Shown: one piece after another, positions 28,601 to 43,493 of the stretch | How positions within the stretch are numbered: the first letter of the stretch is position 1 | Layout: each line of letters starts with the position of its first letter | Assembly (NCBI GenBank): GCA_951406725.2 | Contig: OX597820.1 | Span: 30,008,001 to 30,072,000 of the forward strand | DNA length: 64,000 bases | Origin: Octopus vulgaris | Taxonomy: Eukaryota | Direction: 5' to 3' | The notes under the pieces: generated by a model | Seen by the model: only the letters and a program-made list of their open reading frames with translations | The model's database searches: none | Told to the model about the DNA's origin: nothing | Translations under genes and position numbers: made by a program

Positions 28601-29236
28601 CTAGCAGTATCGCCCGGCGTTGCTCGGGTTTGTAAGGGAAATAACTATATAAGCATTTTTAGAGAGTTATAGCCAAAAAATAGCAAAAAATGCATTAAAA
28701 ATGGAAAAAATATGATGGTAAATTTTTTTTAAAATCGTTGACTCATCGTAGACATTTTTAGAGAGTTACTTCCCTTATATAATAGCGAAAAAATGCATTA
28801 AAATGGAAAAAAAACGATGGTAATTTTTTTTTAAATCGTAGACTCATGTAGACGCTTTCTTAGCCATTTCTGTTTTGGTGTCTTCAAGCCATGAAGTCGT
28901 TGTTCTAAAAGAACACTGGTCTCCTTGACAACGCATTACGACGTTGATTTCCTTACACTCCCTTCCCCACAGGTGCAGGTGTGAGCGTGGACGCCAACTC
29001 CGCCGCCATCGACACACGAAAAATTATGCATTAAAATGGAATAAAAAATGATGTTAAATTATTTTTAAAATCGTAGACTCATCGTAGACGCGCGCTAATA
29101 TTCAGACGGGCTCGATATGAATCACGACTATAAGCTACCCGAATTTGGTTAAACTGTACTGCAAAATGTGGGAGTAGTTAGGAATCTAAATCGAAGGGGA
29201 CAGACACTCACACAACTACAGTTTTATATATATAGA
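28601..29236 (-). mobile_element. Non-autonomous Helitron (inner unit)
   Basis: Minus strand 5' end A|TCTATATATATAAAAC. 3' end has a hairpin cccgagc-aac-gccggg followed by CTAG|T. Internal ~100 bp tandem repeats. Confidence 0.85.
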
Positions 29237-29305
29237 TATACATAGCGCAGTAGTGGTGAGATATGACAGCAAAGAAAAGCATACATTCACTCTCTGCATG
29301 CAATT

Positions 29306-29610
29306 AGACTCGGAAAGTTCGTGAGGAACCCATTGACCCAATTTGCTGACTTTTCCGATAGCACACAGGTGTCAATGAATGGTTGAATGACCAAATCCAA
29401 GCTTCTCTGCTAGTTCCTCAACAGTTACGATGATATTTTGTTCCACCAGGGTTTTCAGGATGTCCTTGTCGAGTTCTACAGATCTTTCAGGATGAGGCTC
29501 GTCTTCTAGGCTGTAGTTTATGGCTCGGGATTTCTGGAACCACCATTGACACTGCCTTACGCTTATTGTCCAATCCCCATATACTGCATTAATATTTCTT
29601 GTACTTTGCA
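29306..29610 (-). pseudogene. Mariner transposase N-terminal fragment
   Basis: VYGDWTISVRQCQWWFQK..SLEDEPH...TVEELAEKLG...STIH...GKVSKLGQWVPHELS, containing the WVPHEL motif. Confidence 0.9.
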
Positions 29611-29832
29611 CACATTTATATTCTGTTATTCTTTTATATGTTTCAGCCTTGAGGTTGTGGCCATGCTGGATCATGTGTGTGTGTGTGTGTCTATCTGTCT
29701 GTCTGTCTGTATGTATATATGTATATGTATGTGTGTGAACAATAATATTTTCAACAGATGTGTTGCAAATGTATCTGATTGTTCTCAAGCTTCAATACTG
29801 TGTGTGTGTGTATGTGTGTGTGTGTATGTATG

Positions 29833-29864
<32 letters not shown>

Positions 29865-30863
29865 TGTGTGTGTATGTATGTATGTGTGTGTGTATGTATG
29901 TGTGTGTATGTGTGTGTGTGTATGTATGTATGTATGTATGTATGTATGTATGTATGTATGTATGTATGTATGTATGTATGTATGTATGTATGTATGTATG
30001 TATGTATGCATGTTTACTTTATTACTAATTACTCTCTTCCAAGAACATTTTCACTCACTCTTAGCTCTTAGCTTCCCATACATTTTACTCATGTATCTAT
30101 CAGCGTCGTAGACAGAATACTTTCACTTTAGTCTTCCTCAAATCACTCTGTCGCTATTTACTTTCATTTTATTCGTTGCCCACTGTGTGTGTGCGTTTGC
30201 GTGTGGTGTAAACCAGACTAAGAAAAGCATTTGACACACACACCAGAATGTGAGTTTTCTGTAAATTTTGCTTAATTGGAGTTTAAATTTTAAAAACTGG
30301 ACCTGGCATGACGCGATGCATTGTACTCTTAAAACTGCTAGGTAAATTGTAATTGAAGAAATCCTATATTGTAGATTTGTATAACTCCCAAAGGGAGGCA
30401 GATAAAATCTGCCTTTTATAATAAGAGATGTATAACATATTATGTTTTACATATAAAATACATAAAGACACTAGTAATTATTAAAATATATAACATACAG
30501 GAATAGTTTAATAATTACTAGTATCTTTATATATTTCATATGTAAAGTATAATCTTATACATGTATGTATATTCTGGTAATTGCCATTTTAGTAAATAAA
30601 TAAGTAAATTGACATAATATAATATAATGTCTAAAAGTTGATGAACCACCTATTGATCCCCTCCATTTTCATATTATTCTATAAATTAATGGTAAAATAA
30701 CTCTTTACCTTCACCCATTTATTACATTAAGTAATGTAATTGCAATGCAATAAAAAACACTTGTGTATTAATAATTGGGTATTCTACCAGCAGTATATTG
30801 GATACATATTATCCCTTAGTGGGTTGGATTCACAACCTCTAACTTTCTAGGAATATATATATA

Positions 30864-31243
30864 CACTTGCGTCAGAAATTAATTAGCACTTCTCAAATTT
30901 CTACATTAAATAGGTTAAATCAATTAACCTATGAGCTGTTCAAAACGTCTTACGCGATGAGAAAATTTAGTATGGTGTGATTTCGGTCCTTGCGAGGCGC
31001 TACCTATATCTATTAAACAAAGGAAGATTTGTCTGCATCCGCACTCCAAGTTGTTGTTGCACTGCTATGTCAACATCATAAGGCTGTAGACTTTCAAACT
31101 GCTCTGCAAACAAAGTTACGTCATCGTTCTGCGCAACAGTGAACTCGCAACAAAGCAATAGTTCGAGATATGGCCACTAGGTGACAGCACATACCTTGAG
31201 TGAAGAGCAAATCAAGGGTGCTAATTAATTTCTGACGGTAGTG
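30864..31243. mobile_element. Tc1/mariner-type MITE, 380 bp
   Basis: TIRs cacttgcgtcagaaattaattagcac and gtgctaattaatttctgacggtagtg, each flanked by TA. Confidence 0.9.
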
Positions 31244-31282
31244 TATATATATATATATATATATATATACATACATACATAT

Positions 31283-31330
31283 CCCTGCGCAAGGATGACA
31301 CGCAAATTCGTGAAGCGTTCCATATTTTTT
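31283..31330 (+). pseudogene. U6: U6 snRNA 3'-half fragment (retrocopy)
   Basis: CCCTGCGCAAGGATGACACGCAAATTCGTGAAGCGTTCCATATTTTTT matches the conserved metazoan U6 3' half. The 5' half, including the ACAGAGA box, is absent. Confidence 0.93.
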
Positions 31331-31337
31331 ATAATTG

Positions 31338-31745
31338 GGCGCAGGAGTGGCTGTGTGGTAAGTAGCTTGCTAACCAACCACATGGTTCCGGGTTCAGTCC
31401 CACTGCGTGGCATCTTGGGCAAGTGTCTTCTCCTATAGCCCCGGGCTGACCAATGTCTTGTGAGTGGATTTGGTAGACGGAAACTGAAAGAAGCCTGTCG
31501 TATATATGTATATATATATGTGTATGTGTGTGTGTTTGTGTGTCTGTGTTTGTCCCCCTAGCATTGCTTGACAACCGATGCTAGTGTGTTTACGTCCCCG
31601 TCACTTAGCGGTTCGGCAAAAGAGACCGATAGAATAAGTACTGGGCTTACAAAGAATAAGTCTTGGGGTCGAGTTGCTCGATTAAAGGCGGTGCTCCAGC
31701 ATGGCCGCAGTCAAATGACTGAAACAAGTAAAAGAGTAAAGAGTA
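31338..31745 (+). mobile_element. SINE family A, full length
   Basis: Near-consensus copy starting 7 nt after the U6 T-tract. Confidence 0.92.
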
Positions 31746-32021
31746 TATACTGATTGTGAGTCCGACGCTCTAACTACTGAGCCATACACACACACACACA
31801 CGTGTGTGTGTATGAAAGAGGATGACCGTCACTACAAATTTCCGCCAGACAACTTGACAACTTGACGAAACCACGATAGGCGAAACTTCGTAGTCACTAA
31901 CAAAAATTGGGAGGAGGGGTGTAAAATATGTTTAGTACTTTACTTAAATGTAATTAGTGAGCTTTTAATTAATGTTTGACTGTTTTTATACATAATTATA
32001 TAGAAAAACAAATATTAGTGT

Positions 32022-32083
<62 letters not shown>

Positions 32084-33574
32084 GTGTGTGTGTATAGATA
32101 TGTGTGTGGTTATGTGTGTGTGCGTGTTGTGTTTGCACATTATTGTAATTTTTGTTTAGGCCCAGGTCAGACTTGACAAACCATACTTACTATCGAAGAG
32201 GACAATCCAGCCATGACTATTCCCTCTTTGCCCCCCGACAATGCATGTAGAACTCACAGTTTTTTAATGTTCTTTTATGTTGATTTTTTAAAACCCAAAA
32301 TCTGTCAAAAAATATTTGTTTTCTAGGTTTTAGCAGTTTAGTGCCTGTCGTAAAGAGTCCATCTTGTACGCAGGATGTGTGTGCATACGAATATATATCC
32401 GTGTTTGCCGAACCGCTAAGTTACGGGGACGTAAATACACCAACATCGGTTGTCAAGTGATGGTGGGGGAACAAACACAGACACACAAATACATACACAC
32501 ACACAAACACACACACACACACACATGCACAAACACATGCACATACACTCACACGCAAATTCAAAAACTAGGTATTTCATTCTTTCTCATCAAGCCGAGT
32601 GTAACTATCTAGAATGTAGAGTGGAACTCCTTATACTCCTCTCTCTCTCTCTCTCTTTCTCTCTCGCCCTCTCTCTATTCCATTCTCATTTTTACTCCAC
32701 CTCTCTCTCTCTTTCTCTATCTCTTCATATCTCTTTCTCTCTCTCTCCCTTTCTCCCCTTCTGCATCTCTCTCACGATTTAGTTTTACCATTTACATTAT
32801 ACATTTCTTATCCTATTGATCATAGAAATATGCTGACTTAAAAAGAAGAGAAAATATATATTAATGGGTGTTTTTGTGTTTGTTGTTTGTTGTTTTAGCC
32901 TTTTTTTTTGTTCTTTTTCTAGTCCTGAGTCATTTTTCTTTGATTCTATTATATTCACCACCCTCCCGTTTCAAAAAAAAAGTATGTCTTTCATTTCTAG
33001 AGAATTGTCGAATCATTACCAGAACGTTCCAGCAAATTAATTATATGTTCAGTCACAGTGTTTGGCACCAAGAAACGGGGGCCCCCATTTTCAATCGGGT
33101 GGGGTCGGTGTTTTGAAAGGATTCCCGATTATTCGGTTCTGTTTGTGGTTGGTGTAAATTGAAAAATGAAACTTCTCTCCTTTCACACCATTTCTACTTA
33201 TTTTATTTATTTTTTTGTATGCGATTACGAAATGCCCCACCTATCATCGTACACTCACACACAAACACACACACGCAGACACATACACGCACACTCACAC
33301 ACAAACACACACACGCACACGCATGTACATATGCACATATAAACACTCATAGGTAATTCTATGACCTGCGATCAGCCGGTTCATTTGTACTTTAACGTAC
33401 CAGTCTACCTAGAATTAGAATATATTAAACGATTATCGTACAAACAGAATACACCAAGGTCGACATTGCCTTTCACCCTTCCGGGGTTGGTAAAATAAAT
33501 ACAATCTGGGTACTGGAAGAAATATAATCGACTTACTAACTCTTCCGAAATTGCTGGCCCTGTGCCAAAATTTG

Positions 33575-36095
<2,521 letters not shown>

Positions 36096-36160
36096 AATAA
36101 TAATCCTTTCTACAATAGGCACAAGGCCTGAAATTTGGGGTAGGGGACTATGCATGTATG

Positions 36161-36194
<34 letters not shown>

Positions 36195-36791
36195 TGTATG
36201 TATGTGTGTATGTATGCATGTGTATGTATGTATGTAAGTATGCATGTGTGTATGCATTATGTGTGTGTGTTCATAAATATATAAGTATGAATGTGTGTAT
36301 ATTTGTATGTATGTATTGTGTATATTCATAAAAACACACAAACACAGACACGCAAACATTTGAACATGCAGAATACATACATACATACATACATACATAC
36401 ATACATACATACATACATACATACATACATACATTCATGCATGCATGCATAGGCACACACACACACACACTATCCCACACACATGCGCACAAACAAACAA
36501 AAAAGAACGCAGTGTGAATAACGGACAGAGTCAAAACTATTGAAAAGATTCTAAGACGCAACGAAAATTTTAGAAAAATAAAGAAAGAAATGAGTGGAAA
36601 TTTTACCGGTGAGTGTGTTAAATTATAAGTCACTAAAAGAGAATGATTCTCCCCAGACACAACAGAATATATAATATATATATATATATATATAATTTAA
36701 TGATATGGCTTCATAAGAATCAGAGTACATCAACCCATAGAACGCCAGAAATAGCTAGTTTAGGTAAAAAAAAACACCATTTAAATTCCTT

Positions 36792-36892
<101 letters not shown>

Positions 36893-37325
36893 TGTATGTA
36901 TGTATGTATGTATGTATGTATGTATGTATGTATGTATGTATGTATGTATGAATGTATACAGAGATAATATCATTTATTTGTGTATGTGTTCGTTTGAATA
37001 CGTATACGTATACATACATTCAATAATGCATACAGACAGTAAAAAAAATGACAGCTCTTTCAATTTTCTTCTTTTTTTGAACTTATGGTTAAAAGATTCT
37101 TCGTTATTTTTCTTGTCTTCTTACTCCAAAAACGTCAGTGAATTCTGTCTTGTTGAAAAGAAAGATTGCGTACTTATAGAGAAAATATGAAATGCTTTAT
37201 AGATTATGGATCAAAGATTAAATTAGTGTGTGCGAATGTGTACATATAAATAGTTATACATACATGCATACATGCGTACGTGCGTGCGTGCGTACATACA
37301 TACATAAATGCATACATACATACAT

Positions 37326-37527
37326 AAAGGAGAATCTGGATAAACTGGGATTTTCAGAAGGAGAAATCGACCGGCTAATTTGTACATTGCAAGTCCAATC
37401 TGTGAGTGGAACAGTAGAAATATGTAAAACTTTTCTCAAGTTCCCAATGTGAATTTATCTGTGTTAACTACATCCTAAACATGGAGCCTTGTATCTTTGT
37501 TAGAAACCGGTACCCTCCTCAGAAGAG
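37326..37527 (+). mobile_element. RLE-LINE extreme 3' fragment embedded in (TACA)n
   Basis: NLDKLGFSEGEIDRLICTLQVQSVSGTVEICKTFLKF, similar to the C-terminus of the element at 62045-62500. Confidence 0.65.
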
Positions 37528-38697
37528 ACATACATACATACATACATACATACATACATACATACATACATACATACATACATACATACATACATACATA
37601 CATACGTATGTATGCATGTGTTTAACAATATATGATTTTGGAGGTTTCGTATGTATAATGTAAAACATTGCTCATGGGAAAATTTGGAAACAATAGAGAT
37701 ATAATCAGGCCATTTAGTCATCCGTGAATAATATTCCTTCTCTTGCTTATTGATCAGTAATATTACTTTCAAAGTTAATTCAGGGACAAATCAAAACAAG
37801 CACAACGGAATTCTACAAACATTGCGATTTTGTTTTCGACAGCTTAAAGATATTCATTTTCATGTATACTTGTATGAGTAAATGTAGATATTTATGCAAT
37901 CAAAAGGGCCTAGACACAAAAAATAGGCACAGGAACGTAAATTCCCAGACTTGATACGAAGACTAATGTGCAATGATCTGGACACAATGACTTCGTTTCA
38001 AGGAATCAGGCGCAAGAGCTTGTAAACAAGGATCTAGATTTACGGACTTAGGTATAAAAACTTAAACATAAGATCCTATACGCGCGCGCACAGACGCGCG
38101 CACGCACACACACACACACACAACACTTATATGTGCATGTGTATGTGTATATGTGTGTGTATATACATATATACATACATACATACATGTATGTATATAT
38201 ATATATATATTAGAAGAAATGAGGTAATCAGAAGATCGGATGGTTCATGTTTATAGATATTTATTTATATATTACATTTTTTACATATCTGTATCATATC
38301 ATTCAGATCATATCATTCAGATTATTAGCGCTTTGTCCCATTCCAGTGGGGTTTTCATATATACATACATACATACATACATACATACATACATACATAC
38401 ATACATACATACATACATACGTACGTACATACATACATACATACATACATACATACATACATACATACGTACATACATACATACATACATACATACATAC
38501 ATACATACATACATACATAGTTACACACGCGTGTACATATACATACAAACACACACACACACACACACACATATATATGTCTATACATATGTAAACATAT
38601 ATACATACAATACACTCATACATGCACATACACGCGTATATATACCCATGCACCATCATTAAGTTCATATGCATATCTTTATACACACATGCACATA

Positions 38698-39063
38698 CAT
38701 ATTTATGCAGCACGTAGTATAAACATGCTACATACTTATACATCCTAGTTTTTTTCAAATCCACCGCGCAAGAGCAGTTGCATTCGGCAGCAAATAATTA
38801 TAAAAAAATTAAAACTGCGTATCAAAGGGCTTCAAAACTACGAAAATTTTACTATGAAAATAGTAAGGGTAGAAAATTTAGAGAAATTTTCTACCGGTGG
38901 CCAGCATGCGTAATAAAGTCAATAGTTAACATATTTTTCATATAAAGTAGTGTACGTATTTATACACATAAGAAGTGACCTTTAACTGCGCTTGCGCTGT
39001 GGATTTGAAAAACTAGAATGTATAAGTATGTAGCACGTGTATCCTCCGTGCTGCATAAATATG
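38698..39063. mobile_element. Fold-back element/MITE, 366 bp
   Basis: About 80 bp imperfect TIRs (catatttatgcagcacg.../...cgtgctgcataaatatg) and a central perfect hairpin ggtagaaaattt-agag-aaattttctacc on the same axis. Confidence 0.85.
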
Positions 39064-39077
39064 CATTAATCTTAGCG

Positions 39078-39146
39078 CCCTAACTGAAGAAACACGGATA
39101 GCAAATTAATTTATTTGCACATTAATGCAGAAACTCGAATCTAGGG
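39078..39146 (+). ncRNA. Hammerhead ribozyme motif, partly decayed
   Basis: ccctaa-CTGAAGA-...-GAAA-ctcgaa-TC-taggg. Stem III is near-palindromic (ACTCGA[A]T); the base of stem II is decayed. Confidence 0.5.
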
Positions 39147-39705
39147 GAAAATGTGTGAAAACACATTGGGCTATGAATGACGTCCTTTTGCGTTTCTGCA
39201 TCGTTGCGCGCCGACATAGGAACTTTCACATGAGCACTTAGATTAGATATATAGACATAAACGATGGACTTAGACAGACACTAGCTTCTATACAATGACT
39301 CTTAGTTAAGCACAATAACCCTATCTCTAAATGGTGATACTAAATTCAAAAGAAGCACTAGCTTGGTGTGCAATCGGTTCACATCGACTCGTATTTATTT
39401 TATCAACCCTGGAGAACAGAAAAGTGAGGGTTTTAACTTAGAATGTAAAAGAACAGAACTAAAGACCAACTAAAGTTATTTGGTCCGGTGCTCTACCAAC
39501 TCTGCTGATACACTTCAATTCTATGAATGAATATCCTTTCTACTATAGGCTCAAGGCCTGAAATTTTGTGGGAGAGGGATTGTCGATTACATTGACCTCA
39601 GTGTTCAGCTGGTACTCATCGACCTCGAAGGGATGAGAAGCAAAGTCGACCTCGGCGAAATTTGTACTCAGAACCCTAAAGACGGACGAAATGCCGCTAC
39701 GTAAT

Positions 39706-39908
39706 GCTAAGAGCATTAGATTCCTTGGAAGAAAGCATCGAACGTATACGAAAACAAGGACGAAAAAACAGACAATGTTACACAAATATAAATACAAAAT
39801 AAATATAATAAAAATAATACTACTAATAATAATAATCATTGTCTATTTTTCCGTCCTTGTTTTCGTATACATTCGATGCTTTCTTCCAAGGAATCTAATC
39901 TTCTTAGC
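39706..39908. repeat. Long inverted repeat (about 70 bp arms) at one end of an interspersed element that extends to about 40160
   Basis: attagattccttggaagaaagcatcgaa.gtatacgaaaacaaggacg.. recurs as its reverse complement. Confidence 0.9.
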
Positions 39909-40155
39909 TTAGTTTTTTCCTTGGGGCTGGCTAGATTGGAGCAATCTCAAGATTAATCAGCCAAAATTGCGAGGATGATCTGGTTCTTGACTGAGGATAG
40001 AAAGCTTCGAATGACCCGTCCTTGTTTTTTTTTTTTTGTATCGTCTATCTGGATGTTTTGTTGTCCCTTTTTGTATCACCTAATTGTCCGGATGTTTTGC
40101 GTTCTTGTCCCATTTTGTATTTTACATATGTAGCGGCATACGTATACTTTGTTCT

Positions 40156-40228
<73 letters not shown>

Positions 40229-40305
40229 AATAATACTTTAATTGTTCCACGTCCTGCGTTGCTGTGTTTTTTTCTCTTTTTTTCTGTGTTTTCTCGTTTG
40301 GATTA

Positions 40306-40352
<47 letters not shown>

Positions 40353-40394
40353 GTCTATAAATTCATGAGTCAGAAAATAAACAAAGTACAACAG

Positions 40395-40459
40395 CCATTT
40401 TATCAATTGGTTTCATTCCAGAGAGCTGGGTAAGCAACCCTGACAATCGTCAGAAATAG
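40395..40459 (-). ncRNA. Hammerhead ribozyme motif
   Basis: Minus strand reads ctattt-CTGACGA-ttgtcagggttgcttacccagctctctggaat-GAAA-ccaattga-TA-aaatgg. Stem I is 6 bp and stem III is near-palindromic. Confidence 0.7.
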
Positions 40460-41273
40460 CTGAAAGGAATAGTATAGTTTTTTGCCACTGGAAGTCTGCA
40501 GACATTTTCAGTGACTGTGTGTGTAAAATTATAACAGCGGCTGCATTATCAGCTTGTAGCATAAGTTATGAAGTAGAAGCTGCTTATTCTGATCACTGTG
40601 GGACGAAGCCTTTCAGATCAAAGTGTCCAGTTTATAACATTAAGCGGAGTATATAACAATATCCTGAATTTGTTTGGGACCTAATAATTTTGATAACAAT
40701 AACCGTTTGATAACATTAACCATGACTGTAATGAGCGGCTTTCGTTGAACAAAGTCAAGATAAAGGATGAAATGGCTAGAGGAAGAACGTCTTTGATCAT
40801 ATGTCTGTTCATTCAGGGTTGACCTTGAGCTAAACAGCAACAACGACAGCAACAACAATTATCGCCTACTAACATTATTACATGTAGCATTGTAACCACT
40901 ACTACTACCAACACCACCACTACTACCAACACCACCACTACTACAATCAACACTACTACTACCACCACTCATTTGAAGTAGTTTCTACGTGGTCACACGA
41001 CCTGCTAGAAACAGCCGTTTGTTTTCCATCAAATCACACATTAGTTCAAATTTTGGCGCAAGGGCAGCAATTTGGGGTGGGGAGGATCGAGTCGATTACG
41101 TAGACTCCAGTGCTCAACTATCATTTGTTTTATTGACCCCCAAAACGATGAAAGGCAAAGTCAACCGCGGTAGCATTCGAACTCAACGTAAAGCCGGAAG
41201 AAATACCGCTGAGAATTTTGTCCATCATACTAACGATTCACCCATCTCGCCACATTCTAACGTCTTAAATAAT

Positions 41274-41663
41274 CTTTGCTACTCTAGGCAAAAGGCCCGA
41301 AATTTTGGGGGAGGGGCCAACCGATTATATCGACCCCAGTTCGCAACTGGTACTTAATTTATCGACCGCGAAAGGATGAAAGGCAAAGTCGACCTCGGCG
41401 GAATTTGAACTCAGAACATTAAAAAAATACCTATTTTTTTACTACCCACAGGAACTAAACACAGAGGGGACACACAAGGACAGACAAACGGATTAAGTCG
41501 ATTATATCGACCCCAGTGCGTAATTGGTACTTATTTAATCGACCCCGAAAGAATGAAAGGCAAAGTCAGCCTCGGCGGAATTTTAACTCAGAACGTAGAG
41601 ACAGACGAAATACCGCTAAGTATTTCGCCCGGCGTGCTAACGTTTCTGCCAGCTCGCTGCCTT
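41274..41663 (-). mobile_element. Dimeric family B SINE with a 16-bp TSD
   Basis: TSD taacgtcttaaataat at 41258-41273 and 41664-41679 encloses two tandem core domains. Confidence 0.88.
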
Positions 41664-42018
41664 TAACGTCTTAAATAATGAAAGAACAAACTAAATCATT
41701 GGTTATTAAACCCCATTTTTCTTTTGTAACACCCCTTTTTAAATAGTTCTTATCCCTAACGCCCACCTAAGTGGCGAGTGAGGCAAACAAACTAAGCATG
41801 GGGGATAATTTATAAATCTTACTCAGAAAATAGATTATTATTTTACTTGTTTCAGCCATGCTGGACTGCGGCCTTAAAGGATTTTCTAGTCGAAGAAATC
41901 GACACCAAGACTTATTCTTTATAAGCCTAATACTTATTCTATCGTTCTCTTTTGCCGAGCCGCTAAGTTACGGGGATGTAAACACACCAACATCGGATGT
42001 CAAGTGCTGGTGAAGGAA

Positions 42019-42094
<76 letters not shown>

Positions 42095-42097
<3 letters not shown>

Positions 42098-42305
42098 ATA
42101 TTCCAAATAGTAACCACATGTGGACTGTTGGCGGCTTTTTCCCCTCCGTCTTCCTTTTTGTCTCCTGTTTCTGAAGAAAAGTTTTGCTCGAAACGTAAAA
42201 CACACTTTCTTTCTTTCTCTGAGCATCTTATTAATAATTTACATTACCACGTCCTCGCGTTGCTGGTTTTTTCTTGTTTTCTTTTTCTCCGTTTTCTTGT
42301 TATTA
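42095..42305 (+). mobile_element. Short non-coding HHR-bearing element (HHR at 42166-42202)
   Basis: tgttt-CTGAAGA-aaagttttgctc-GAAA-cg-TA-aaaca, with a perfect 5-bp stem I. A homologous inverted copy lies at 43100-43315. Confidence 0.7.
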
Positions 42306-42309
42306 AGGC

Positions 42310-42469
42310 TTAGGCGTAGTTGTGTGGTAAGAAACTTGTTTCCCAACTACATGGTTCCGGGTTCAGTCCCACTTCATGGCACCTTGGGCTAGTGTCTTCG
42401 ACTATAACCTCGGGCCGACCAAAAGCCTTGTGAGTAGATTTGGTAGACGGAAACTGAAAGAAGCCCGTC

Positions 42470-42543
<74 letters not shown>

Positions 42544-42548
42544 GTATT

Positions 42549-42581
<33 letters not shown>

Positions 42582-42800
42582 CTGTGTGCGTGTGTTTATC
42601 CCGCCACCATCGTTTTACAACCGATGTTGGTGTGTTTATGTCCCCGTAAGTTAGCGGTTCGACAAAATTGATCGATAGAATAAGTACTAGGCTTACAAAG
42701 AATTAGTCCTATGGTCGATTTCTTCGACTAAAATGCCCTTTAAGACTGTGCTCCAGCATGGCCGCTGTCAAATGTCTGATACAAGTACAAGAATAAAAGA
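42310..42800 (+). mobile_element. SINE family A
   Basis: Consensus head, core, microsatellite and tail. Confidence 0.88.
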
Positions 42801-42805
42801 ATATA

Positions 42806-42846
<41 letters not shown>

Positions 42847-43099
42847 TAATTAAATATATATATATATATGTATACAATTATATTAAGGGAGCAAGGGCGA
42901 AAAAACTCCAACGAAAAATCTCCAACGTGCTTGAAAATGCCGAGGCATTCAGAAACTACCGAAAAACTCCCAGAATATACACAGACTGTAGACGAGCGAG
43001 TGAAAAATCATTAAAAAGATTTCACTTTAATTTTCAATTAGGTGCAATTTCTAGATTAAAGCCGTGAACACACCAACATCGGTCTTTTTAATGTTTATA

Positions 43100-43315
43100 T
43101 AGTCAATTCAAATAAATACACAAACACAGAAAAAAAAAAAGAAATAACGAAAGCGAGGACGTGCACAAGAAAAATAATAAATTGACACTCGGTGAAGAGA
43201 GAGAGTTGTTGTTAAAGTTCCGAGCATAGCTCTTCGTCGGAAATAGGAAAGTCCAAAGAGAAAGAAAGAAAAGTAAGGAAAAATCGCCAACAGTCCACGT
43301 GCAGTTACATTTCTG
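43100..43315 (-). mobile_element. Second copy of the short HHR-bearing element, core decayed
   Basis: Minus strand reads gtggactgttggcg..tattt-CCGACGA-agagctatgctc-GGAA-ctttaacaac..cacgtcctcgc. Confidence 0.7.
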
Positions 43316-43438
43316 AAGTGACCGGAAGTGGAAGGAGAAAGAGGAAGTGGTTTCTGGGACAGGAAGATGGTCGGTATGCGCGTGAGTGTGTATGTGTGTG
43401 TGGTAGCGTGTGTGCGTGTGGTAATAACTGTGTGTGTG

Positions 43439-43493
<55 letters not shown>

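Larger units (their letters stand above)
28601..30428 (-). mobile_element. Composite Helitron insertion (1828 bp)
   Basis: A second 5' end TCTCTTATTATAAAAGGC starts at 30428. Removing 28601-30428 rejoins ..tacataca|tgtataa.. and restores a continuous palindrome (A|T target, no TSD). Confidence 0.72.

Noticed and set aside
39991-40010. CTGAGGA-ta-GAAA hammerhead-like core
   Set aside because: There is no room for stem II and no stem I pairing.
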